Shown here one piece after another: positions 36,692-45,653 of a stretch of 64,000 nt of DNA (its first letter is position 1; each line of letters begins with the position of its first letter). The DNA is from a bacterium (lineage in GTDB: Bacteria; Krumholzibacteriota; Krumholzibacteriia; LZORAL124-64-63), in NCBI GenBank assembly GCA_031441465.1, contig JANOEP010000046.1:69359-133358 (forward strand), written 5' to 3'. The notes under the pieces were generated by a model. That model searched no databases and was not told where the DNA came from. It saw only the letters and a program-made list of their open reading frames with translations. A program made the translations under genes and the position numbers.

Positions 36692-38010
36692 TCGCCCCCC
36701 TGCACTCCAGAGCGGCGGGAAGGCCCGTCGACGAGGCGGGATTCGCCGGCGGCGGCGAAGAAGAGGCGTCCCCCCGGCAGCACGACCGGGCGCCTGGCAT
36801 GCGAGAGGTTGCGCACCCAAAGCCCGTCCCCCGCTTGGCGCCACGAGGTGCCGCCGCGCGACAGGCGCGCCACTTCCACGTCGGTCAGGTAGAGCGGTTC
36901 GTCGCCCAGAGCCGACAGGAGCCCCGCCAAGGCTTCCCGCCCCTCGGTCGCGACCTCCGGTTCGAGGTGGGCGTAGTTGACCCGGTGCGACTCGACGACG
37001 GCGGGTTCGCCCCGATTCCAGGCGCGGCGCACGCGGCGTTCGGCCCGGGCCGTCGCCTCTGCGGGGTCGCCGATCTGGGCCGTCTCCAGCCGGACATTGC
37101 GCTCGAGGTAGACGAGCCGGTGTTCGCTCAACCGGCGCAGGGGCCGGGCCAGGGCCTTGCGCAGACGACCGAGCGGCCCCTCGTAGTCCGGATGCCGTTG
37201 CTCGCGCTGGGATTGCACGACCGTCAAGCCCGCGGCGCGCCACAGCCGCTCGTGCCGGCGGGACCAGTGGTAATCGGGGGCGATGACCGCGTCAGGGGCA
37301 CGGCCGAAGACGACTTCAAAGGCCGTCAATCCCGTGGCGAGTTCGGCGGCGACCAGGGCGAGGGGGCGCGCGTCGTCCAATTCGAACGAGTGCTGGCTCC
37401 CCGGAAAGAGCAGGAACCCCCGCCGGGCCGCCGCGGCGGCGATCGGATCGCGTGCGCAGGCGGCGGCGCGGGCCGCGGGATCGTAGTGCCAGAGCCCGTG
37501 GTATTCGGGGTACCACACGCCCGCCGCGACGGCGTCCGCCACGGCCTTCCAGAGGCCGGGGCGCGCATATTCCGCGGGGAATTCGGGCAGGGTGCCGCTG
37601 CGGAAGGCCGGGCCGCCCGGCGAACCGGTCCCGGAGCCCGCCGCCAGCCAGCCCATGATGTAGTTGGGCTGCAGGACGGCCGGACCGCCGTCCCGGCCGC
37701 GGCATCCCGACAGCACGGCGGCCAGCGCGCTGACCGCGGCGCTGTCTTCCAGCGTCGAATTCAGGTAGGCGGCCGGGGTGTTGCCGGTGCGCAACCGGGC
37801 GAGGTTGTCGGCCACGACTCCGGAGCCGGCGACGGCGTCGGCGTCGGGCGCGTAACCGCACAGCCCCCAATCGTCGCTCTCGATCACCACGGCCCGCGCC
37901 GCCCGCCAGTCCACCAGGGACGGGGCGCCGCCCAGAACCAGGCCGAGACCCAGCAGGAGCGCGGCCGCCACGAGTGCGGCGCGTCCCGGTGTGAGCAGCC
38001 TTCCCGTCAT
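36688..38010 (-). CDS. Hypothetical membrane-anchored/secreted protein (~440 aa), possibly a carbohydrate-esterase/deacetylase-like enzyme
   Basis: Signal anchor MTGRLLTPGRAALVAAALLLGLGLVLGG, then VIESDDWGLCGY and WYPEYHGLWHYD motifs reminiscent of NodB-type deacetylases; this is a weak call. GGAGAGGGGAGA Shine-Dalgarno sequence; ATGA overlap with the upstream methyltransferase stop. Confidence 0.6.
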   Translation of the reverse strand: MTGRLLTPGRAALVAAALLLGLGLVLGGAPSLVDWRAARAVVIESDDWGLCGYAPDADAVAGSGVVADNLARLRTGNTPAAYLNSTLEDSAAVSALAAVLSGCRGRDGGPAVLQPNYIMGWLAAGSGTGSPGGPAFRSGTLPEFPAEYARPGLWKAVADAVAAGVWYPEYHGLWHYDPAARAAACARDPIAAAAARRGFLLFPGSQHSFELDDARPLALVAAELATGLTAFEVVFGRAPDAVIAPDYHWSRRHERLWRAAGLTVVQSQREQRHPDYEGPLGRLRKALARPLRRLSEHRLVYLERNVRLETAQIGDPAEATARAERRVRRAWNRGEPAVVESHRVNYAHLEPEVATEGREALAGLLSALGDEPLYLTDVEVARLSRGGTSWRQAGDGLWVRNLSHARRPVVLPGGRLFFAAAGESRLVDGPSRRSGVQGGD

Positions 38011-38666
38011 GGCGCCGTCTCCCCTCTCCAGCGGGCCCACCAGTACCACCCGTAGTCGAGCCCATCGCGCGCGATGGCCGCGGTGAGGGCGGCGGTCGCG
38101 CGGTCGGGCGCGCCGCCGTCGCCACGCAGCAGCGCCAGCACCCCTTCCCGATCGGGGGGCTCGGCGCGGTTGAGGTCGCGGCCGAAGCTCCATCCCGCGA
38201 GACCGACGGATCCGGCCAAGGCGCCCCGCAGCTCCTCGAGCGCCGGCAGGCGCCCGCGCGAGGGGACCAGGCGGGCCAACCAATCCCGCAGATCCCGGTC
38301 GTTGCGGCGCGCCGGGGTGTCGGCCCGCGGATCGTCCTGCAGGAGGTGCAGGCAGCCGCCCGGAGCCAGGCAGCCGATCCAGGCCGTCGCGTCCGCGACG
38401 ACGTCGGCGGCGCCACCGAGATGGTGAAGCAGGTTCGCGGCCACGATCAGGTTCACCGCGCCGGGGCGCACCGGCAACGCGCGGGCATCGCCCACGATAC
38501 CGCCGGTGGGACCGGGTCGCCGGTTGTCCAGGGGGACCACGTCCGCGCCCGCCTCGCCCAACGCCCGCGTGAAGCGCCCGTCTCCGGCGCCCAGTTCGAG
38601 GACGACCCCGCCCCGCAGGCGGGCGAGGTCACTCCGCAGGAGGTCCGGGAGTGGTGAGAACGACAT
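38007..38666 (-). CDS. Class I SAM-dependent methyltransferase
   Basis: Motif I VLELGAGDGRFT and motif post-I DVVPLD. The start overlaps the 3' end of the upstream gene by 38 nt. Confidence 0.8.
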   Translation of the reverse strand: MSFSPLPDLLRSDLARLRGGVVLELGAGDGRFTRALGEAGADVVPLDNRRPGPTGGIVGDARALPVRPGAVNLIVAANLLHHLGGAADVVADATAWIGCLAPGGCLHLLQDDPRADTPARRNDRDLRDWLARLVPSRGRLPALEELRGALAGSVGLAGWSFGRDLNRAEPPDREGVLALLRGDGGAPDRATAALTAAIARDGLDYGWYWWARWRGETAP

Positions 38667-39915
38667 CGTCGGCTTCCGGGCGCGCCGGGCGCGGGACGTC
38701 GCGGCGCGTTTCGGTGACGGTCGTGCCGCCGCCGGCCGCGGCGACGATCCGCTCGACCTTCTGGCGTTCGACCTGGATGTCGATGATCTCGGCGACCTGG
38801 CGGCGGCGGCGCCGGAAGGAATCCTCGACCTGGTCGTCGAGGCCGAGGACGAAGAACAGTTCGCTGAAGAAATCGAGCGTGGGACCGCTCGCCTCGTGCC
38901 GGCGGCGATCGCCCCAGATCTTGATCGGCCACAGCCAGCAAGCCAGCGCGGGCAGGCCCAGCCAGGCCTGATTCAGGTAGTCGCTGAGACCGAACATGAT
39001 CGAACCGGCGGTGATCAGCAGCAGCAGCCGCACGGCGGCGCTCGGCTGGAAGCCCAGCCGCACCAGGCGGTGGTGCAGGTGGTAGTCGTCCGCTTCGAAG
39101 ATCGAGGCGCGCTTGCGCGAGCGGCGGATGATCGTGGTGCCGGTGTCCCAGATCGGGACGATCATCGGCGCGAGCAGCAGCAGCAACGAGACGCCGCCGT
39201 GCTGCCCGAGGTGCATCAGGAGCATGGCCAGCACGAGGCCCATCCACATGCTGCCCGAATCGCCCAGGAAGATCTTGCGGCTGCTCATGTTCCAGTACAT
39301 GAAGGCGAGGGTCGCGCCGCCGAGGGCCGCGGCGTACACCAGCGAGGTGCCGTCGCCCAGGGCGGCGGCGATCGCGACGATGCCGCAGCAGGCCAGCACG
39401 CCGATCCCGCTGGCCAAGCCGTCGAGGCCGTCGATGAGGTTCATGGAGTTGATGAAGCCCAGGTACCAGAGCAGGCTGATCGGCCAGGCCCAGCCCCCGA
39501 GATCGAAGGTGCCGAACAGCGGCAGGTCGATGGTCTGCAACCTCTGGCCGGCTACCATCAGGCCCAGGATCACCAGCAGCTGCCCGTAGAGCTTCTTCTC
39601 CGCGTGGATGTGGAAACGGTCGTCGCCCACGCCGAGGGCGAGGATCGCCAGACCGGACCCGCCGAGCACGGCCAGCCACGACCAGGGCAGAGCCCGGTGG
39701 AAGACCACGTTGTCCAGGATGAACAGGGTCACGAAGAAGGAGATGAAGATGGCCATGCCGCCGGTGCGCGGCACCGGCACGCGGTGGGTTCGGCGGTAGC
39801 CGGGGTGGTCCACGATCCCGGTCAGGAAGCCCAAACTGCGAAAATGGGGCTGGACGAGCCATGAGAGCGCAAAGGCAACCATGGCCGCGACCAGGACGAT
39901 GGACTGGTTGTTCAA
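38629..39915 (-). CDS. Polyprenyl-phosphate N-acetylhexosamine-1-phosphate transferase (WecA/MraY-family initiating transferase) with a C-terminal cytoplasmic extension
   Basis: Conserved WecA/MraY motifs (GVGDDRFHI, NSMNLIDGLDGLASG, LGDSGSMWMGLVLA) across 10-11 TM helices. TTG start after an AAGGGGA Shine-Dalgarno sequence. Confidence 0.85.
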   Translation of the reverse strand: MNNQSIVLVAAMVAFALSWLVQPHFRSLGFLTGIVDHPGYRRTHRVPVPRTGGMAIFISFFVTLFILDNVVFHRALPWSWLAVLGGSGLAILALGVGDDRFHIHAEKKLYGQLLVILGLMVAGQRLQTIDLPLFGTFDLGGWAWPISLLWYLGFINSMNLIDGLDGLASGIGVLACCGIVAIAAALGDGTSLVYAAALGGATLAFMYWNMSSRKIFLGDSGSMWMGLVLAMLLMHLGQHGGVSLLLLLAPMIVPIWDTGTTIIRRSRKRASIFEADDYHLHHRLVRLGFQPSAAVRLLLLITAGSIMFGLSDYLNQAWLGLPALACWLWPIKIWGDRRRHEASGPTLDFFSELFFVLGLDDQVEDSFRRRRRQVAEIIDIQVERQKVERIVAAAGGGTTVTETRRDVPRPARPEADDVVLTTPGPPAE

Positions 39916-39998
39916 ATTGATCCCCTTGGCATTCCCGTCGATCCGTCGTCGGGACGAGCCAACCGAACCCTAGGTCAGCCCCAGGGTGGTGGCAACGA

Positions 39999-41132
39999 TT
40001 AATTGGCGCCGTCGGTGCGAACGTCCAATAGCCTGAGGTATGCCGCGAGCGTCCTTTCCGCGGTGGAGCGCCAGGTCCAGATCGGGATCCGCGCCTCCCC
40101 GGCGCGAACCAGCCGATCGGCGAGCCCGGGCTCGCTCGAGATCCTGTGCATGGCGTCGGCGATGCCCCGAGGGGATTCGGGATCGACCAGCAGGGCGGCG
40201 TCTCCCGCCACCTCCCGCATGGCCCCCCGATCGGATGTGATCACCGGAAGGCGGGCCGCCATCGCCTCCAAGATCGGGAAACCGAACCCTTCGTGCAAGG
40301 AGGGAAAGAGCAAGGCCCGGGCCGAAACGAACTCCGCCCAGAGGGAATCACGGTCCCGGTACCCGACCAGCTCGACGGCGCCCGCGGCCACGGATCGCTG
40401 CAATCGCTCCAACAACGGGCGGTTGCACCAGCCCGGCGCGCCGATCACGCGCAAGCGGGGCGCCGGCGCCCCGGCCCCGGTCCGTGCCCGTGCGATTTCC
40501 AGGGCCGACAGGATGTTGTCGAGATTCTTGCGGGGCTCCAGGGCGCCGACGAACAGGAACGGCGCCCTGGCGGGCCGCTCGCGAGGAGCGGCGCGGCCCG
40601 CGGTCCAGGCGGGCGTGCCGAACGGGGTGGGCAGGATCTTGCCGGTGGTGAACGGAAAGGCCGCCGCCACCTCGCGGCCGGTCGCCGCCGAATTCACCAG
40701 CACGGCATCGGCGCGGCGCAACCCGGCCGGCAGGGTCGCCGCGTACCAGAGACGTCGCGCCGTCGGCACTGACCCCGGCAGGGAACGGAAGGCCAGGTCG
40801 TGGACGGTGACCGCCAGCCGGCAGGGCGTCCACAGCGGAGGCGGGATCGTCAAGGAGTGCAGGACGCCGGCGCCGAGCCGGCGGGCCACGCTCCCGAGCC
40901 GCCAACCGACGCTCGCCAGCCGCCCCGCGGGCAACGCCACCAGCTCCCATTGCGCGCGCCCCGGCGCGGCGTCGAGGCAGGTGAACAGCTCGGGATGGGA
41001 GGTCGCCAGGGCGAAGCGCAGCGGTCGCTCCTCGGCCGCCAGGGCCGTCACCAGCTCGACCATCGACCAGGCCACGCCCGTGCAGGGCGGCCGGGCGGCC
41101 GAGGCGTCCAGCAGGACCAGCGGCCGGCTCAC
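39999..41132 (-). CDS. Glycosyltransferase family 1 (GT4 clan)
   Basis: C-terminal EGFGFPILEAMAARLPVITSDRGAMREVAGDAALLVDP and a RfaG-like fold. GTG start after a GGGGAGGGG Shine-Dalgarno sequence, overlapping the upstream stop (GTGA). The N-terminal 390 aa of the 771-aa track ORF are antisense. Confidence 0.85.
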   Translation of the reverse strand: MSRPLVLLDASAARPPCTGVAWSMVELVTALAAEERPLRFALATSHPELFTCLDAAPGRAQWELVALPAGRLASVGWRLGSVARRLGAGVLHSLTIPPPLWTPCRLAVTVHDLAFRSLPGSVPTARRLWYAATLPAGLRRADAVLVNSAATGREVAAAFPFTTGKILPTPFGTPAWTAGRAAPRERPARAPFLFVGALEPRKNLDNILSALEIARARTGAGAPAPRLRVIGAPGWCNRPLLERLQRSVAAGAVELVGYRDRDSLWAEFVSARALLFPSLHEGFGFPILEAMAARLPVITSDRGAMREVAGDAALLVDPESPRGIADAMHRISSEPGLADRLVRAGEARIPIWTWRSTAERTLAAYLRLLDVRTDGAN

Positions 41133-42478
41133 GGCGACCCCTCCCCGGTGTTCGTGCGCTCGGGGCACGTCGCCGCCAACAGCATCCCCAGCGCCACCCA
41201 GATGTGGGGCAGGTTGTCCTGGGAGAAGGTCAGCAGTTGGGACCAGACGCCGACGACGGCGGCGGCCGCGGCCACGATGCGCAGGCGCTCGTCCGCCCGG
41301 GGCGTGACGGCCACGGTCAGCGCGCGCCAGGTCCGCCGCGCTGTGGCGACGACACCGGCGAGGAACACGGCCAGACCCGGCGCACCGGTCTCGCCGAGGA
41401 TCTTCAGCACCACGTTGTTCGCGACCGGCCAGGCGAACTGGCTCTGCAGGCCCATCGGCTCCACCAGCAACGGGAAATGGAAACCGTACTGCCCCCAGCC
41501 CACGCCGGTCCAGGGCGCCGCCAGGAAGCAGCGCCAGGCGGCCTGCATCGAATACCACCGCGTGAGGTTGGACCAGTCCTCGGTGCTGAAGGTCTGGAGC
41601 AGGCGCCTCAGGATCAGCAGCGGGCCGTCGCCGCCGGTGACCGCGACGGCGACGGTGACGACGGCCGCCACGGCCAGGACGGGGCGCAGCCAGCGCCGCC
41701 GCGGCGGCAGGACGCCCGCCCGCGCGCCGGCGACGACCGCGCAGACGGTCGACAGGCCGGCCGCGAACCAGGCGCCGCGCGACCAGGTCAGCAGCAGCAG
41801 CGCGAGGCCGCCCCCGATCAGCGCCTCCCGGCGGTAGCCGGGACGACCGGCGGCCCACAGCCACGGCAGGACCGCCAGCAGGTAGTTGCCGAGGTAGAGG
41901 GGTTCGCAGATCGTCCCGCGCAGGCGCGGGATGCCGACGAAGCCGCGGCCGAGGTAGAGTTCCTCCGAACCGCTGAGGATCGACGCGTTCGACGTGACCA
42001 CGTGCTCCGTCCAGGCGAACGCCGCGCCGGGTCGGTAGAAGCCCCAGGCCTGCCACGCGGCGTACAGCAACTGCAGGATCAGGCCCGCGGCCAGCGCGCC
42101 GACCGCCGTGCGCCAGCGGCGCTCGTCGCCGCGCAGCCACCACGCCGTGTGCAGGGCGAAGACGGCGGTCACGCCCCACTGCACGACCTGTTTCGCGTAG
42201 CGCAGCCAGGCTTCCTGGGGCGAGGCCAGCGAGGGCGCCAGCACCAAGCCGAGGGCGGACAACAGGAGCGCTCCGAGCGCGGCGAGCCACGGCCAGCCGC
42301 CGACGTCGGCCCAACCGGCCAGCAAGCGCCGCGGCCCGACGTTGACGGCGGCCAGGGTCACGGCCGCGGCCATCAGCAGGTACGAGGGCTGGAAACCGGC
42401 ACCGGGATCCCGGCCGGTCAGCAACGTGACCAGCCCGACCCCGGCCAGGGGCAAGCTGGCGAGAGCGGCGACGACCAT
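41129..42478 (-). CDS. O-antigen ligase / O-oligosaccharyltransferase-family membrane protein (Wzy_C domain; WaaL/PglL-like)
   Basis: About 12 TM helices and a periplasmic loop carrying the LLLTWSRGAWFAAGLS motif typical of the Wzy_C family. The start (Met37 of the track ORF) is uncertain. Confidence 0.7.
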   Translation of the reverse strand: MVVAALASLPLAGVGLVTLLTGRDPGAGFQPSYLLMAAAVTLAAVNVGPRRLLAGWADVGGWPWLAALGALLLSALGLVLAPSLASPQEAWLRYAKQVVQWGVTAVFALHTAWWLRGDERRWRTAVGALAAGLILQLLYAAWQAWGFYRPGAAFAWTEHVVTSNASILSGSEELYLGRGFVGIPRLRGTICEPLYLGNYLLAVLPWLWAAGRPGYRREALIGGGLALLLLTWSRGAWFAAGLSTVCAVVAGARAGVLPPRRRWLRPVLAVAAVVTVAVAVTGGDGPLLILRRLLQTFSTEDWSNLTRWYSMQAAWRCFLAAPWTGVGWGQYGFHFPLLVEPMGLQSQFAWPVANNVVLKILGETGAPGLAVFLAGVVATARRTWRALTVAVTPRADERLRIVAAAAAVVGVWSQLLTFSQDNLPHIWVALGMLLAATCPERTNTGEGSP

Positions 42479-42633
42479 GGCCTCGGCCCCGTGTCCCAGG
42501 GCCGAACGGTGTCCATGAAGAGGGCCGGCCCCGCGTTGGTCAGGCGAGGGGGGCCGGCCCCACCGGATCGGCATGCGTCGGTTCATGCGGGCACTCTAAC
42601 GCGACCGGACCCGCCGTACAAGCGCCGGTGCGC

Positions 42634-44028
42634 TCAGTGCGCGGACAGGTAACGGTCGAGTTCCCACGGATGGACCTGCGAGATGTAGTCCTTCCAGACG
42701 CTTTCCTTGTGGTCGATGTAGTGGAGGAAGACGTGGTCGCCGAGCACCTCGCGCATCAGCGGATCCTTGCGGAAGAGGATCAGGGCCTCTCCCAGGTTGC
42801 CGGGCAGCTGCGTGATGCGCAGGCGGGCCTTCTCGCGATCGCTCATGATGAAGATGTTCTTGTTGACCGGCTCGCCGGCCTCGCGCTTCTCCACGATGCC
42901 GTCGAGGCCGGAGGCCAGCATCACGGCGAACGCGAGGTAGGGGTTGCAGCTGGGATCCGGCATGCGGACTTCGACGCGCGTGCCCACGCCGCGGCGGGCG
43001 GGCACCCGAGCCAGCGGCGAACGGTTGTGCTCGCTCCAGGCGACGTTGACGGGCGCTTCGTAGCCCGGCACCAGGCGCTTGTAGGAGTTGACCAGCGGGT
43101 TGGTGATCGCCGCGAAGGCCCGCGCGTGGTGCAGGATGCCGCCGATGTACCAGCGAGCCATGTCGCTCAGCTCGTACGGCGCCTTGGGATCGTAGAACGC
43201 GTTCTCCAGCTTGCCGCGCCGGTCCTGGAACAGCGACTGGTGGACGTGCATGCCGGAGCCGTTCTCGCCGAAGATCGGCTTGGGCATGAAGGTGGCGTGC
43301 AGGTTGTAGTCCAGCGCGATCTTCTTGACGATCATCTTAAAGGTCATCACGAAATCGGCCGATTGAAGGGCGTCGGCGTACTTGAAGTCGATCTCGTGCT
43401 GGCCGGGCGCCACCTCGTGGTGGGCCGCCTCGATCTCGAAGCCGATCTTCTCGAGCACGTTGACGATGTCGCGGCGGCACTCTTCGCCCTTGTCGATGGG
43501 CAGCAGGTCGAAGTAGCCGCCCTTGTCGTGCGTCCGGACGGTCGGCTTGCCGTCTTCATCGCGCTCGAAGAGGAAGAACTCCACTTCCGGGCCGCAGACC
43601 GGGTGCAGGCCGAGCGCCGCGAAGCGCGCGATGGTGCGCCGCAGCGTCAGACGCGGGCAGCCGGAGAAGGGCGAGCGGTCGCTGTTGTAGACGTCGCAGA
43701 TCAGTCGGGCCTCGCGGCCCTGGATCCCCTCGAAGGGGAAGACCACGTAACTGTTCAGGTCGGGGACCAGCAGCATGTCCGATTCCTCGATCCGGGTGAA
43801 GCCCTCGATCGACGAACCGTCGAACATGATCTCGCCCTGCAGGGCCTTCTCGATCTGGCCCTCGGGCACTTCGACGTTTTTGTTGTGCCCGAGCACGTCG
43901 GTGAACATCAGGCGCAGGAAGCGGACCTTGTCCTTCTTCATGCGTTCGAGCAGGGCCTTGCGCTCGGTTTCCGGCGCGATGACGCCGTCGGCGAAGGGCT
44001 TCAGGAAGATGCTTTCCGTTTCGGCCAT
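42634..44028 (-). CDS. glnA: Glutamine synthetase, type I
   Basis: FDGSSIEGF, KPIFGENGSGMHVHQSL and NPLVNSYKRLVPGYEAP motifs. AAGGAG Shine-Dalgarno sequence 6 nt before the ATG. Confidence 0.93.
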   Translation of the reverse strand: MAETESIFLKPFADGVIAPETERKALLERMKKDKVRFLRLMFTDVLGHNKNVEVPEGQIEKALQGEIMFDGSSIEGFTRIEESDMLLVPDLNSYVVFPFEGIQGREARLICDVYNSDRSPFSGCPRLTLRRTIARFAALGLHPVCGPEVEFFLFERDEDGKPTVRTHDKGGYFDLLPIDKGEECRRDIVNVLEKIGFEIEAAHHEVAPGQHEIDFKYADALQSADFVMTFKMIVKKIALDYNLHATFMPKPIFGENGSGMHVHQSLFQDRRGKLENAFYDPKAPYELSDMARWYIGGILHHARAFAAITNPLVNSYKRLVPGYEAPVNVAWSEHNRSPLARVPARRGVGTRVEVRMPDPSCNPYLAFAVMLASGLDGIVEKREAGEPVNKNIFIMSDREKARLRITQLPGNLGEALILFRKDPLMREVLGDHVFLHYIDHKESVWKDYISQVHPWELDRYLSAH

Positions 44029-44119
44029 GAGACGCTCCTTCTCTCCTCCCGGAGATGGTTTGATTCACCGACCATTGTATTGTGCCAAAGATGCGTTATT
44101 TCTGTGTCGTAGATCGGTT

Positions 44120-44128
44120 ATTATAGCA
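44120..44128 (-). promoter_or_regulatory. Extended -10 promoter element (TGcTATAAT) for glnA, inside a ~130-bp AT-rich island
   Basis: Minus strand reads TGCTATAAT about 90 nt upstream of the glnA ATG. The leader contains a TTGGCACaatacaATGG segment and an ATGGT-N11-ACCAT inverted repeat. Confidence 0.4.
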
Positions 44129-44299
44129 CCATATCGGCATAGTCCAGGATTAATTTAGCATTTTATGCATATTATTTGAGTCATTCCGCAACCAGCCCCG
44201 GGCCGGCGCCGACGCGAATCGGCGTCGACCGCCCCGGGGGGCCGTGCTAGCCTTGTCCCGGCGCCCTCCCGGCGCCAGCGACGACCAAGGAGGGTCCGC

Positions 44300-45640
44300 A
44301 TGACCGCGCACGGCCTCAACGGCATCAAGATCTCCGCCATGACCGGCTCCTGCTTCCTGCTCGACACCAACGTGCTCCTGCACGATGCGACGTCCCTGGA
44401 AGCCTTCGAGGAGCACCACATCATCCTGACCGTCGACGTCCTGGAGGAGTTGGACCGCTTCAAGCGGGAGAACGACGAGCGCGGCCGCAACGCCCGCCGC
44501 GTGATCCGGACCATCGACGAGCTGCGTCAGCGCGGACCGCTGCGCGAGGGGGTCCCCCTGCCAGGCGGCGGCAAGCTTTTCGTGCTGGTCGACAATTACA
44601 CGGATCGGCTGCCGACGGGCATGGACCGCGCCATCCCCGACAACCGCATCCTCGCGGCCGCCCTCTACCTGAGCCAGGAGGGGGTCGACGTCCGGTTCAT
44701 CACCAAGGACCTCAATGCGCGCGTCAAGGGCGACGCCCTGGGTGTCCGCTCGGAGGACCTGCAGCGCAGCACGGTCAACTTCGACGAGCTGTACACGGGC
44801 TGGACCGAGGTCGACTGCTCCGGCGACGTGATCGAGCAGTTCTACGCGACGGGCGCGACCGAGGTGGCCGGCGACTTCCAACCGAACGAGGGCGTCCTGC
44901 TGCGCAACGAGACCAACCCCAAGCAGACGGCGCTGGGCATCTGGCGCGGCGTCAGCGGGCGGGTCGAGAAGCTGGTGCACGAGGAGACGCGCCCCTGGGG
45001 CCTGCAGGCGCTGAACCTGCAGCAGCACTTCGCGCTGGAACTGCTGCTGCGCGACGATATCCAGCTGGTCTCGATGCTGGGCCAGGCCGGCACCGGCAAG
45101 ACCCTGCTCGCGCTGGCCGTCGGGCTGCACAAGGTGGCCGAGCAGAAGGTCTACCGCCGGATCATGGTCTCGCGGCCGATCATGCCGCTGGGGCGGGACA
45201 TCGGCTACCTGCCGGGTTCCAAGGAGGAGAAGCTCGCGAGCTGGATGGAGCCGATCTTCGACAATCTCCAGTACCTGGTCGACCCGCAGATGGAGCAAGC
45301 GGGCGACAAGGTGGACTACCTGTTCGACACCGGGGTGATCGAGGTCGAGGCCGTGACCTACATCCGCGGCCGCAGTCTGCCGAAGCTGTTCATCATCATC
45401 GACGAAGCCCAGAACCTCACGCCGCACGAGATCAAGACCGTGGTCAGCCGGGCCGGGCAGGACTCGAAGGTCGTCCTGACCGGCGACGCCTACCAGATCG
45501 ACAATCCCTACCTGGACGCTTCGAGCAACGGGTTGACCTACGTCGTGGAGCGTTTCAAGGGCCAGCCGATCTACGGCCACATCACGCTGGCCAAGAGCGA
45601 GCGCAGCCGCCTGGCGAGCCTCGCCGCCGAACTGCTGTAG
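44300..45640 (+). CDS. PIN-domain plus PhoH-like ATPase fusion (PhoH2/YlaK-type)
   Basis: N-terminal PIN (FLLDTNVLLHD...ILTVDVLEELD). C-terminal PhoH with Walker A GQAGTGKT and Walker B LFIIIDEAQN. AAGGAGG Shine-Dalgarno sequence 6 nt before the ATG. Confidence 0.9.
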   Translation: MTAHGLNGIKISAMTGSCFLLDTNVLLHDATSLEAFEEHHIILTVDVLEELDRFKRENDERGRNARRVIRTIDELRQRGPLREGVPLPGGGKLFVLVDNYTDRLPTGMDRAIPDNRILAAALYLSQEGVDVRFITKDLNARVKGDALGVRSEDLQRSTVNFDELYTGWTEVDCSGDVIEQFYATGATEVAGDFQPNEGVLLRNETNPKQTALGIWRGVSGRVEKLVHEETRPWGLQALNLQQHFALELLLRDDIQLVSMLGQAGTGKTLLALAVGLHKVAEQKVYRRIMVSRPIMPLGRDIGYLPGSKEEKLASWMEPIFDNLQYLVDPQMEQAGDKVDYLFDTGVIEVEAVTYIRGRSLPKLFIIIDEAQNLTPHEIKTVVSRAGQDSKVVLTGDAYQIDNPYLDASSNGLTYVVERFKGQPIYGHITLAKSERSRLASLAAELL

Positions 45641-45653
45641 CGGGCTCCCGCCG

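Noticed and set aside
44060-44095. sigma54-type promoter (TGGCAC-N5-TTGCA) for glnA
   Set aside because: Only the -24 half (TTGGCAC) matches; the -12 position reads AATGG. I kept it as a note inside the AT-island finding, not as a feature.
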